From positions 1-53,201 of the IMG/VR virus record IMGVR_UViG_3300044797_000084: 53,201 bases of DNA; one strand, written 5' to 3'. This stretch comes from a virus. Lineage: Duplodnaviria > Caudoviricetes. The notes below the pieces were generated by a model. It ran no database searches, was not told where the DNA came from, and worked only from the letters and a program-made list of their open reading frames with translations. This document shows positions 16,156-25,344 of this stretch, in pieces (the stretch's first letter is position 1; every line of letters starts with the position of its first letter). Position numbers and translations under genes: made by a program.

Positions 16156-17205
16156 ATGAGCGACACCGACCATCAGATCGTCTACTCGATCGAAAACGCG
16201 CCGCTGGTGCGCTTCGCCACGCTCACGCGCGATCTGCCCTACGTCGTGGAAGCGACCTGGGCATCCGACCCACTGGTGCCAGACGAGGCCGTCGCGTGCG
16301 TAGTCGAACACGACGGAGACACTCGGTACATCCTCGCACCTTCAAGCGGTGTGGCGATGGTCCGCTGTGCGGGTGGCAGCGTGTACGTGACCGGATGCGG
16401 CCAGACGGTGTCCGAGGCCGAGGCCCTGATCGCGCTCGTGCGCGAGCTTCAGCCACTCACCGAGCACGAGGACGGGATGGTGCCGGTCACGTTCTGGGCA
16501 TACGGGCCGAACGGCCCGTTCAGCACGCGCCGCAAGGTGGCAGCGCCGACGTGGGGCGAGATCGCCGACAACTACGCCACCGTCACGCTCGGACGGCTGG
16601 CAGCCCTGACTGATGGCTCGTTCGCCCCGAGCGTCGGCGGCCAGCTCCTGCTTTGGTCAGGCGACGCAGGCACCGGCAAGACGACCTTGCTCCGCGCGCT
16701 TGCCCGCGAGTGGGAGGACTGGTGCGAGCTGCACTACATCACCGACCCCGAGAGGTTCTTTGGCACCCAGGCGGACTACATGATCCAGGTGCTACTCGGC
16801 GGCGGGGGGAAGGACGGGCCGGGCAGCGAGCCGCCGCCGTGGCGGCTGCTGGTCCTTGAGGACGCGGGCGAGCTGCTGCGCGCCGACGCGGGCGAAGTCA
16901 CCGGCAAAGCACTGTCACGGATGCTGAACACGGTTGATGGCCTGATCGGCCAGGGCTTGCGCGTGCTGGTGCTCGTCACCACGAACGAGGAAGTCGGCAA
17001 GCTGCACCCGGCGGTCGCGCGCCCCGGCCGCTGCGCCGTCGAGGTCGAGTTCGAGGCGCTAGATCGTGAGGGAGCCGCAGCGTGGCGCGAGCAGCATGGC
17101 ATCGACTCCGCGACGGATGGCGGCGCAACGCTCGCCGAGCTGTACGCCGAGCTTGAAGGGTTCAACGGCGCACGACAGCGCCAGCCAGTCGGCTTCGCCG
17201 CGTAG
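16156..17205 (+). CDS. AAA+ ATPase (DUF5925/BCS1-like)
   Basis: GDAGTGKT, LLVLED, LN..DG, TTN, RPGRC, C-terminal VGF; TAGACT leaderless promoter. Confidence 0.85.
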   Translation: MSDTDHQIVYSIENAPLVRFATLTRDLPYVVEATWASDPLVPDEAVACVVEHDGDTRYILAPSSGVAMVRCAGGSVYVTGCGQTVSEAEALIALVRELQPLTEHEDGMVPVTFWAYGPNGPFSTRRKVAAPTWGEIADNYATVTLGRLAALTDGSFAPSVGGQLLLWSGDAGTGKTTLLRALAREWEDWCELHYITDPERFFGTQADYMIQVLLGGGGKDGPGSEPPPWRLLVLEDAGELLRADAGEVTGKALSRMLNTVDGLIGQGLRVLVLVTTNEEVGKLHPAVARPGRCAVEVEFEALDREGAAAWREQHGIDSATDGGATLAELYAELEGFNGARQRQPVGFAA

Positions 17206-17214
17206 CCCCGCCGC

Positions 17215-17418
17215 CTACAACACCAGCCCGGCCAGCGCCACCTCGTCTGCTGGCGCGAGTCCGTCACGAGGCAGTCGTCGAGCTTTGGCTGGCGAGGGGT
17301 TGCCGCGCTGCTCACGCTCATAAAGCCGGTCGGCTTCCTCGACTGCCTTCGACGCGCGCCAGACAACCATCGATGCTGAGTCCTCGCGCAACGGCCGTCC
17401 ACACTCAGCGCCGGTCAT
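17215..17418 (-). CDS. Hypothetical protein
   Basis: ATGA overlap with the upstream ORF. Confidence 0.45.
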   Translation of the reverse strand: MTGAECGRPLREDSASMVVWRASKAVEEADRLYEREQRGNPSPAKARRLPRDGLAPADEVALAGLVL

Positions 17419-17720
17419 GCCACGTGATTTAGCAAGTCCAGCGCCGCCGCTTCGAGGTCGCCGTCGCCGATCCAGGCGCAGGCGAGGGGCGTGCCGCCAT
17501 AGTGCTGCAACCCATGAACGCCCGGCAGATGTGTCTCCCACAGCTCGATGCGGTCAAGCGGCCAGTACAGCTCGCCGCCGCACCGATCGCCGACTCGGCT
17601 CGGGTCTGCCCTCGCGTGTAGTCGGACCTGTAGCCCGACCCTCTTGGCGTGGTCGCACAGCTCATCGAACGCCGGGAGATGCCGCGCCCGCTGGATTGCT
17701 ACTTCGCGTTCGGGTTCCAT
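17415..17720 (-). CDS. Hypothetical protein
   Basis: Operon position. Confidence 0.55.
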   Translation of the reverse strand: MEPEREVAIQRARHLPAFDELCDHAKRVGLQVRLHARADPSRVGDRCGGELYWPLDRIELWETHLPGVHGLQHYGGTPLACAWIGDGDLEAAALDLLNHVA

Positions 17721-17722
17721 GT

Positions 17723-17917
17723 TCAGGAACAGAATGGCAGGCGACGCAGCAGCGGCAGCACCGCAAGGGCGAACGCGAGCTTGAGCTGGCGCACCGCGTT
17801 CTCGAGCTCGATCTGCTGGTAGGCAAACGTGCGGTCGCCCCCGGGCTCTGCGGCGTAGGGGTTCTCGACTGGCCCCCAGCGCTGGCGTGCCTGCTCGTCG
17901 CTGATGAGTCGCAGCAT
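17723..17917 (-). CDS. Hypothetical protein
   Basis: TGATG overlap with the endolysin stop. Confidence 0.55.
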   Translation of the reverse strand: MLRLISDEQARQRWGPVENPYAAEPGGDRTFAYQQIELENAVRQLKLAFALAVLPLLRRLPFCS

Positions 17918-18975
17918 CAGGCGAGCGGCCGCCTCAGCTCGTGTTCGAGGGCGGCGATGGCCGCATCCACGGTGCGCCCCTGCCCTAGCCACACGTCGCA
18001 CGCGTGACGATACGCCTTCGTGTCGGGCGTGACGTGTTTGCCGCCGCCCGGTCGGCATTCGTGGCCGCTGTCCTTCGCATCGCCCTCAAGCACCCGCAGT
18101 AGCCCGCGTGTCTTGATGTCGCTGCGCAGCTCCTTCCTGAGCTTCCCGGGCGTGGGCGGCTTGGGCTTGGGCTTGGGTTTCGGAGGCTTCTGGTCGAGTT
18201 CGATCAGCCCGCGGTTCTGGTCAAGGTCAATCGTGACGCCAAAGCGCGAGCACGTCCCGCAGTATTGCCAGAGCACGATCGCCGACGCTGGGTAGCCCCC
18301 GAACGGCGACGGACCGCCGACGCCCCACTCGCTCGCCCACAGATAGCCCGCGCAGTGCCCACCGCCACCAGCCGCATACCCGCCGGGGTAGGAGAACACG
18401 CCGAAGATCGGCAGGCCAAGATCCTGCGCCTCGCTGGTGAACTCGCACGAGCGCCAGAACACGCCGGACACCTCGGCGTCGAACCAGTAGCCCAGTGGGG
18501 CGTGAGGCACGAGCTCGTGCGTGTACGCGGCCTCCGAGGCTCCTGAGATCCCGGGCTCGCCGAAGTCATAGACGCCGAACGGGATGCCGTGCTGCTCAGC
18601 GTCACGCTCCTGTTCTCGCAGTGAGGGCTCTTGGTTGAGCCCGTAGGCCGCCTGGATGACGACGCAGTGCAGGCCGACCGTCTGGGGATACCAGCCCTGC
18701 CACTGCGACCAGTCCGCGCACTGCGACTCCGTGGCCGTGAGCGGGGAGACGAGACCGAGCTTGCCTTCGGCCTGCATCGCCTGGTGGACGCATTCACCGG
18801 CAGAGGGAGGCACGCGGGTGACGCACTTCGGGCCACTCGGCTCCGAGAAGGTGAGTGTGCCCGCTGGCTTGGAGGGGTGCTGGCGCGGTGGGGTATGGGG
18901 CGACGCGCCAGAACAGCCAGCGAGCACGAGGGTTGCCGCCAAGGCGGCGAAGACAGCAGTGCGCATTTTCCTCAT
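17917..18975 (-). CDS. GH25-like muramidase/endolysin with lipoprotein signal
   Basis: MRKMR..LAGC lipobox; DWSQWQG, GVYDF, WFDAE, LWASEW, LWQY, IDLD; PK linker. Confidence 0.8.
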   Translation of the reverse strand: MRKMRTAVFAALAATLVLAGCSGASPHTPPRQHPSKPAGTLTFSEPSGPKCVTRVPPSAGECVHQAMQAEGKLGLVSPLTATESQCADWSQWQGWYPQTVGLHCVVIQAAYGLNQEPSLREQERDAEQHGIPFGVYDFGEPGISGASEAAYTHELVPHAPLGYWFDAEVSGVFWRSCEFTSEAQDLGLPIFGVFSYPGGYAAGGGGHCAGYLWASEWGVGGPSPFGGYPASAIVLWQYCGTCSRFGVTIDLDQNRGLIELDQKPPKPKPKPKPPTPGKLRKELRSDIKTRGLLRVLEGDAKDSGHECRPGGGKHVTPDTKAYRHACDVWLGQGRTVDAAIAALEHELRRPLA

Positions 18976-19166
18976 GAGCCGATCTCTCCCGCGTACGGAT
19001 TCGACTCGCCCGACGTGAAGGCGAAGAAGTCCTCGACGCCACGGCGCGTGTAGCCGAGCACGAACTCGCGCTCGGGATCGGTCAGCTCGAAGCTCTCGAT
19101 CGGCTCGCCGCCGAGGATGCGGTCTCCGATGTCGGCCAGCCTCTCCATGTCGGCGCGCAAGCTCAT
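18972..19166 (-). CDS. Hypothetical protein
   Basis: GAGG RBS; ATGA overlaps. Confidence 0.55.
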   Translation of the reverse strand: MSLRADMERLADIGDRILGGEPIESFELTDPEREFVLGYTRRGVEDFFAFTSGESNPYAGEIGS

Positions 19167-19378
19167 CGCTTCCTCCCCGGTAGCGGCTGCCCGCATCCCT
19201 GGCCGGATCGGCATTCCCGCTCGTCGCTTTCTCGCAGACCCCGGCAGACACTGGAGCTGACGCCGCCGCATTCCTCGTGTTCATGGATGACGTGGACGAG
19301 CGCGAAACAGCCGACCACGATGAGGTAGATGGAGACGGCGACGAGCGCCACGAGGGCGATGGCACGGTTGCGGGTCAC
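19163..19378 (-). CDS. Small TM protein with Cys-rich tail
   Basis: Hydrophobic N-terminus; coupled. Confidence 0.5.
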   Translation of the reverse strand: MTRNRAIALVALVAVSIYLIVVGCFALVHVIHEHEECGGVSSSVCRGLRESDERECRSGQGCGQPLPGRKR

Positions 19379-19446
19379 GACATCCCAGCGTAGACCAGCG
19401 GGTCGCCCGCGCCCACCCAGAGGCACGGGCGACCGCCAGACGGTTG

Positions 19447-20010
19447 CTACTCGGCTGCGATGGCGAGAACGACGGTCGCGCTCGTTTCCGGCGTGGCACC
19501 GACGATGAGCAGCTCCGTGGTGTCCGGCTCGATCGTGGACGCTTCGAGCGTTGCCGTCCCGGTCGTCGGCCCCGTGGTGATCGAAAGCCGCGAGGCCGCG
19601 AACTGGACCGCGACCGAGCCTTCGCCGTTCGCGCCGATCGGCACCGTGACGGTTTCGCTGGTCGGGGCGACCGGGCCGGGGTCGTCGCCTTTGACGGTCG
19701 CGTCGGCCGCGTCGACGCTCGTGCTGAGCGATGTCAGGCTGTCCTTGATCGGGCCGAGTTCGGCCGCGGTGATCGTGCCGCCGTTGGCCTCTTTGGCCTC
19801 GATGTCGGCGATCGTCTGGTTCACGTCCGTGGCGAACGTGTTGAAAGCTGAGGTGAGGGTGGTGACGGCCTCGGTGAGTTCCGCCACGGTTGCTTCGGTC
19901 ATGCGCTGTTTCCTTTCGAGGTTTTTGACGCGTTGCTCAAGCTCGCGGAAGTCGATCGGCGGTCGGCCAATCAGAATCGGCTCTGGCGTGTCATGGTGGT
20001 CATCGTCCAT
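19447..20010 (-). CDS. Thr/Ala-rich coiled-coil protein with beta-rich C-terminus
   Basis: 187-aa ORF; alternative start at 19902 with GAAAGGA RBS. Confidence 0.65.
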   Translation of the reverse strand: MDDDHHDTPEPILIGRPPIDFRELEQRVKNLERKQRMTEATVAELTEAVTTLTSAFNTFATDVNQTIADIEAKEANGGTITAAELGPIKDSLTSLSTSVDAADATVKGDDPGPVAPTSETVTVPIGANGEGSVAVQFAASRLSITTGPTTGTATLEASTIEPDTTELLIVGATPETSATVVLAIAAE

Positions 20011-20071
20011 GTCTGCTGCTCAAGCTACCAGGACTGCGCCGCTCCCGCGCTCGAACGCGTAGTTGACCGCG

Positions 20072-20100
20072 TTGACATGTTGTCAGAGTCGGAGTAGTCT
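20072..20100 (+). promoter_or_regulatory. Sigma-A-type promoter with overlapping palindrome
   Basis: TTGACA-17-TAGTCT; TGACA-tgt-TGTCA. Confidence 0.7.
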
Positions 20101-20168
20101 GGCAGCAGACGTAAAAAGGCCGCCAGTTCTCAGGCTGACGGCCGGCCACCACAAACTGATCGGAGTTC

Positions 20169-20498
20169 GTGATGACAGCAGCCAGCCTAGCCGAAGCACG
20201 CGATGACATCGTCGCCAGTGTCGCGCGGGAGACGGGCATCCCGGCGAGCGAGATCAGCGATCTGCGTGCGCGCGGGCGGCGAGCCGTCGATGCCCGACAC
20301 GTAGCGATGTGGGTCGTGCGCGAAGTCGGCGAACAGGGCTACGAGGATGACGAGACTGAGGTCTACGAGCTGTTCGGCACGAGACTAAAGACGATCGACG
20401 ACGCATGCTTGCGGGTGTACGAGGCACCGGCTCTGCGTGAACTGGCGCAGCGGCTTCTCAGCGAGCACCGGCCAGCCAAAAGCCTCGGGGTCGGGTAG
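20169..20498 (+). CDS. Stand-alone DnaA domain IV-like HTH protein
   Basis: IVASVA..GI...R..V.ARHVAMW..RE...FG...TI..AC.RV. Confidence 0.7.
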   Translation: MMTAASLAEARDDIVASVARETGIPASEISDLRARGRRAVDARHVAMWVVREVGEQGYEDDETEVYELFGTRLKTIDDACLRVYEAPALRELAQRLLSEHRPAKSLGVG

Positions 20499-20696
20499 CG
20501 AATCGTGGTACTTCCATGGCGCGCCAAACCGGAGTTTGCGAGGGCCTTGGCCGGAAGATGCGGAAACGGCTCGAAGATCCACACACTATGAGTACAAGCC
20601 ATACACAGAGAGAAGAGGTGGAGCAGTGAGACAAGCGAAGACGCAGAGCGGAGGAGGGACCCTGACGAGGGTTCATCACGGGGTTGAGAGACGCTG

Positions 20697-20906
20697 ATGA
20701 GGGCGAGGCTGACAAGTCCCTATCGGGAGACACACTGGAAGGTCCAGCGCATCGTCGGTCAGCGCGACATTCGGAATGGCAACGCCTATGTCGAGATCCT
20801 GGAGTGTGGCCACGAGGGCCGCTCGTGGTGGGTTAGGGCCGACACTCCCCACGATGGCGCGCGGTCCCGCCGGTGCTTCGAGTGCACCCGTGAGGCATGT
20901 CGATGA
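20697..20906 (+). CDS. Small Zn-binding protein
   Basis: LECGH...RRCFEC. Confidence 0.55.
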   Translation: MRARLTSPYRETHWKVQRIVGQRDIRNGNAYVEILECGHEGRSWWVRADTPHDGARSRRCFECTREACR

Positions 20907-21075
20907 CGCTGTGGGACTCCGGTGTTTGCGCGATTGGACCGGACGCGCGGCATGGCCTAGGAGGGTTTGGCGAAACTCGAACCCCCGCTCCTAGAGCGGG
21001 ATCGAGGTCGGCGGATCACGGTCGATACCTCACGTCTGAGCCGAGCGTACCCCACGGGGATGCCCGATGAGTGGG

Positions 21076-21948
21076 CTACGGCGGCGGTTCCCAGGCGTAG
21101 ATGGCGTCGAGGGCGTCGAGGTCGATCCCGATGCTCCCGATATTCGGGGGCATCTCAGAGAACTCGGTCAGAAGTTTCTGCCCCCAGAATATGCTGGTGC
21201 GAAGCCACTCCCGGACCAGCAGATGCACTTGGACCGCTGGCTCCGCGAAGAGGTGCGGTATCACCTCAATGTGGGGATTCGGCCCCTTTTTCCGGGCGCG
21301 AATAAACACAAGCTCTGTATCCACCTTCAAGGGACCCCGCTTGGACGGGACGTTTCGATCCGGCACAACGCAATCCCGACTATCGCTGATCTCGATGGCG
21401 GCGTGAATGGGGAGCGCCCAGACTGGCTCCATCGTCCGGTGCTTGTCGCTGGTGTTGACTTTTGCCAAGACCGACGTCCAGTACCACGCGCGTATCCCCC
21501 GAGCGTGTTTGTATGGCTGACATCGACGGACTCGTGCGATGTCTGCGCGCGTCGCACCGGGGAGCTTCGTGGGCAGCGATCCGTTGAAGCCCGCTCGGCT
21601 ATCCGAGATCGGGAAATAGATTTTCCGCTGCGCCTTCTTCGAGAGGGCGTCGGGGGGCGTTCGACCGCGCGTCACGATCGCCCAGGCGGTCTGGTCAAGC
21701 GCGCTGCGCAGGTTGTTCGCTATGTCGCCGATGAGCAGACCCCAGGTGGGCGGCATGGGATCGATGTCGGTGACGATCACGGAGAAGCCGTGGCGTTTTG
21801 GCTGGTATTCCGCCTCTACGGTGAAGGTGGGCTGACAGTCGGGGTCAGATGTAACGGCGTCGAGGTCAACTTTGAGCGTCTGAGCGTGGACTACAGCGCG
21901 CCCCCACTTGAGCCACGCGCTCTCGAACAGCGGATCGGGGTCGTCCAC
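21076..21948 (-). CDS. Accessory protein, possible HEPN-like fold
   Basis: IGD...NLRSALD, FPI and N..KHR motifs; leaderless TAGGCT-7-GTG. Confidence 0.65.
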   Translation of the reverse strand: MDDPDPLFESAWLKWGRAVVHAQTLKVDLDAVTSDPDCQPTFTVEAEYQPKRHGFSVIVTDIDPMPPTWGLLIGDIANNLRSALDQTAWAIVTRGRTPPDALSKKAQRKIYFPISDSRAGFNGSLPTKLPGATRADIARVRRCQPYKHARGIRAWYWTSVLAKVNTSDKHRTMEPVWALPIHAAIEISDSRDCVVPDRNVPSKRGPLKVDTELVFIRARKKGPNPHIEVIPHLFAEPAVQVHLLVREWLRTSIFWGQKLLTEFSEMPPNIGSIGIDLDALDAIYAWEPPP

Positions 21949-21967
21949 GCAGACGAGCCTATGCCCG

Positions 21968-22378
21968 TCACGCAGCGAGCGCCAAGGATCGTCCCTGATT
22001 CAACGCCGAAGTCAACTGAGAAAGAATCGTGAGGTCGGCGTGAAGCCGCACTCGCTCGATCCGGCGCACGCGCAGCGGAGTCAAGCTCCATTCGTTCTTG
22101 AGCCTTCCGAAGCCACGCTCGACGGACGCGCGGCCACGGTACAGACCCTTCCATCGCAACGTCTCGCGCGGTATCAGCGTGTGGAGACGGTCGGCCTTTA
22201 CCCACTTCGATTTTGTGTCACATTCACCTGTCGGACAGCGCCACTTGGTTGCTTTGCGCTTGTGGTCCGCCCCGGCGAACCTCCACTCGCCATGCTCACA
22301 CGTCGGCGGCTTGTGCTCGCCGCGCTTGACGGCAGGTGTTTCGCGCAGCGGGATCACCGGGGAGATGACCGAGGTCAT
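21968..22378 (-). pseudogene. DDE transposase C-terminal fragment (IS5/IS1182-like)
   Basis: LY..R.SVER.FGRLK (YREK) motif; N-terminal catalytic part absent. Confidence 0.8.
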
Positions 22379-22569
22379 GGAGGCGCAATCTCCTTGATCC
22401 AGACCCCCGGAGGTTCCAGCCTCGCGGGGGTCAGTTTTGGCTTTATTACAGGGAAAACTACAGGTCGGGTCGGACGGAAAAACCGTCCTTTGCGGGCTTC
22501 CGCGAAGATGCCCAAATGCGCACCTTTCGGAACGCGCTGGCGCAGCGCATCGCCTTTTGGGGGCGCGCG

Positions 22570-23118
22570 ATGAGCGCTGGCGCGCGCTGGATGTGGGACG
22601 TGCTCGACAAGAGCGCCCGCATCGGCGCGGTACTCGCGTTTCTCGCCGTGTCGATTGGCGGTGTGCTCCTACACCAGCCCGCAGCGGTGATCGGCGCGGT
22701 CGTCGGCCTACTTGTGCTCTTTGCGTTCGCGGAGGGCACCTATCGGGTGGCCCGCGATGCCGAACAGCAGCGGGTAGCTGCCGAGCAGCAGCAGGTGGAC
22801 ACCCAGCCCGATGCCAATGCGCTCTGGCTCAGCGGACAGCTATCCGTAGGGAACGATCTGCTGGCACGCTGGCGCCTTGATACACCGAGCTATAACGCGC
22901 GCGACGAGATTGACGAAGCGGCCGTTTGGGAGAACAAGACGCGGGGTGGCCTCGCAGCAAAGCTGCCCGTCTACAGCGGACACTTCGGGTTGGACGTAGG
23001 GCTTGGGCAAGAGTTCATCTTCTCGCCCATCGAGGCAGGGGAGCGAACGAGGCTACGGCGTCGGCTTCATCGACTCGGAGAGATTGCCGACCGCTACAGC
23101 ATGGAGCAGTCGAAATGA
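22570..23118 (+). CDS. 2-TM membrane protein with soluble C-terminal domain
   Basis: Two hydrophobic helices. Confidence 0.65.
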   Translation: MSAGARWMWDVLDKSARIGAVLAFLAVSIGGVLLHQPAAVIGAVVGLLVLFAFAEGTYRVARDAEQQRVAAEQQQVDTQPDANALWLSGQLSVGNDLLARWRLDTPSYNARDEIDEAAVWENKTRGGLAAKLPVYSGHFGLDVGLGQEFIFSPIEAGERTRLRRRLHRLGEIADRYSMEQSK

Positions 23119-23159
23119 GCGCCACGCCCAGCACTGCGACGTGGCGCTCAGCGGGTGCG

Positions 23160-23420
23160 TCAGGAAACGCGGCCGACCAGTCCGACCATCCGGTGGGCGG
23201 AAGGCGTGGCGAACACGAACCCGTCCGTAGTCTTGTGGATCAGACCCGCGTTGCGCAGCGGGCGAAGGACGGCCATCGGGTCCTCGGTTTCCATCTGGCG
23301 TCCGATGTCAGCGACAGACCAGATCGGCGGGTGCTCGTCCGGGTCGGTCAGCAGATAGACGATCTCGCGTTCCATCGTCTCGTACTTTTGCAGCGGGTCC
23401 TGGATAGGCTCATCGGGCAT
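23160..23420 (-). CDS. Small winged-helix-like protein
   Basis: WSVADIGR...L..AGLIH...VFATPSA; similar to 52013-52258. Confidence 0.6.
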   Translation of the reverse strand: MPDEPIQDPLQKYETMEREIVYLLTDPDEHPPIWSVADIGRQMETEDPMAVLRPLRNAGLIHKTTDGFVFATPSAHRMVGLVGRVS

Positions 23421-23581
23421 CGGAAGGTCCACCCTTTCGGTGTCACGGCCGGGGGGCCGCTACAACGGTCGCCCCGGCCAATCTGTATGGAGCCGCCGAC
23501 GCTAGGCTTCCCCGATCATGCCGTCAAGGGCTTTCGCCAATCGTTTCGCCAAGCCCTCCTAGCGCTACCGTCGACTGTCCG

Positions 23582-23842
23582 ATGCCTGAGCGCAGGACGT
23601 ACCGCGAGCTCGGCCCCGAGCAGAAAGCCAAGGCGATCGCGCGCGGCAAGCTCAACCTCGCGGTCCACCACGGCCGGGTCAAGCGCCAGCCGTGCGAAGT
23701 CTGCGGCGCGCCGAAGGCCGAAGCACACCACGAGGACTATTCGAAGCCGCTTGATGTCGAGTGGCTTTGCCCTACCCACCACAGAGAGCGCGAGCGCGCC
23801 AAGAAGGAGAGAGCCCAATGTGCCCCACAGGCCATGAACTGA
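23582..23842 (+). CDS. HNH-like protein
   Basis: PCEVCG...EAHHEDYSKPLDVEWLC..HH. Confidence 0.8.
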   Translation: MPERRTYRELGPEQKAKAIARGKLNLAVHHGRVKRQPCEVCGAPKAEAHHEDYSKPLDVEWLCPTHHRERERAKKERAQCAPQAMN

Positions 23843-24327
23843 TCAGTCCCGACGTGGTCCAGCGCTACCGAGAGCAGGACCAGCGACCGACTAGCGCGGC
23901 TCTCAACCACTACTCGAACATGCTCGACGCAGCGATCGGCGAAAACGAGGCCGCGCTTGAGCGCCGGCTCGAACTCCTGCGGGACGCTGAGGCCGACGTC
24001 GCCCTTGAGCAACGGCAGGACGCCGAAGAACGGGCCCACGGTCAGCCACGACGCACTGGGGGCGTTGGCCTCCGCTCTCGCAGTGGAGAGTCCAGCATGA
24101 TCGTTGTCCGCTTCTACTGCGGCAACTGCGACTACGGCCCGCTCGACGTGGATGACAACCGTGAGGCGCCGATCCCGTTCGCCGCGGCGCCCGTCAGCGT
24201 CTTTGATCCCGAGAACGACGGGCAGACCGTCAGCGAATGCCCCGCTTGCGGCGACTGCCTTCCCGACTTCGTCCAGCCTGGGCGCGGGCTCCATCATCGC
24301 GGCATGCCGGCTGAGGACCCGCGATGA
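23818..24327 (+). CDS. Hypothetical protein, C-terminal Zn ribbon
   Basis: AAGGAG RBS; CGNC...CPACG. Confidence 0.55.
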   Translation: MCPTGHELISPDVVQRYREQDQRPTSAALNHYSNMLDAAIGENEAALERRLELLRDAEADVALEQRQDAEERAHGQPRRTGGVGLRSRSGESSMIVVRFYCGNCDYGPLDVDDNREAPIPFAAAPVSVFDPENDGQTVSECPACGDCLPDFVQPGRGLHHRGMPAEDPR

Positions 24328-24503
24328 CCGCAGACGACGCACACGCCAAGTTGGTGGCGGCGCTTGAGCAATACGCCGACGCCGACGAAAAGAAGCTGGT
24401 CTACACCGCCGCGTATCTCGTCGCGCCGCTCGCGTTGGCCGCAATCGCTCTGGAGATGCGGGAGCTTCGAGAGGCGCTCAAGCCCGTCACGGTGCCGAGA
24501 TGA
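24324..24503 (+). CDS. 59-aa hypothetical protein (MTADDAHAKL...)
   Basis: ATGA overlaps at both ends. Confidence 0.55.
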   Translation: MTADDAHAKLVAALEQYADADEKKLVYTAAYLVAPLALAAIALEMRELREALKPVTVPR

Positions 24504-24682
24504 CGCGTTTGGCCGTCGTCAGCTACGCCGTTGCAGCCAGCCCCGAGGGCAAACGCAGGGCATGTCTTGAGGGCCTCGAGGAATGCGCCGCGCGAGCGCT
24601 CGAACATGGCGCGACGGTCCCGGAGGTCGTGGCCCGGCTCGAACAAGTGGGCAACGATGCTGAGCAAGGCGAGTTGTCGTGA
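24500..24682 (+). CDS. Hypothetical protein
   Basis: Coupled ORF. Confidence 0.55.
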   Translation: MTRLAVVSYAVAASPEGKRRACLEGLEECAARALEHGATVPEVVARLEQVGNDAEQGELS

Positions 24683-24906
24683 CCCGCGACGCAGCCATCC
24701 TCGAAGCCGTCAAGCGCGCCATGGCAGCCGCCCCAGGCAACGACCGCGTCAGCGCCAGGCACATCGCCAAGGAGCTCCCGGACCTGAGCCTGCGCACCGT
24801 CGAGCGTGAGCTCGCCCGGCTCGCCCGCGAAGGACAGCTCACCAGGATCCAGCATCGAGGCGAACCAATCCGGTATCGCATCCCAGCGGCGAGGAAAGAG
24901 GACTGA
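24679..24906 (+). CDS. Winged-HTH protein (DeoR-like)
   Basis: SARHIAKEL..LSLRTVERELARL..EG. Confidence 0.75.
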   Translation: MTRDAAILEAVKRAMAAAPGNDRVSARHIAKELPDLSLRTVERELARLAREGQLTRIQHRGEPIRYRIPAARKED

Positions 24907-24988
24907 GGTGAGTCTCGCGAAGCAGCCGCCTGGCGACAGGCACAAGGCCATTTCCTGGGTCGTCGGGCGGCTGCTTGACGGGACTCAT

Positions 24989-25016
24989 CGGCGCCATAAC
25001 ATGCATTATCGCGCGT
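24989..25016. other. dif-like (Xer-type) site 2
   Basis: Reverse complement: ACGCGCGATAA-TGCATG-TTATGGCGCCG; 11-6-11 layout with ATAA/TTAT core. Confidence 0.5.
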
Positions 25017-25344
25017 TGCGAAAAGCGCGTGTTTGCAGGGGATTCTCGCGGTCGGTTTACATAGTCCTGGCGAACGGTCGTCCGCCCTGGACGCCGAAGC
25101 TCGCGGGCTCGCTCGCGTCCGAGTGCCGTTCCACATGTAAGGACGAGTTTCCGGCTTCGTCTTGTAGGATGCTCCGCCACACAGCGCCCCCGGCAGCGCC
25201 ACAGACGTCACCGGGGGCTCACACCAGGAGGTCAGTCCTGATGCGCAGTCGAGTCTACGCCCTCGTTCCAGCTACCGCAGCGCGCATGCGCGCCCCGGCG
25301 AGAAGGCGCCGACATGTTCTCGGCTGCTATGGCAGTATCCGCGC

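Noticed and set aside
21067-22032. 321-aa plus-strand ORF
   Set aside because: Antisense to the motif-bearing 21076-21948 gene
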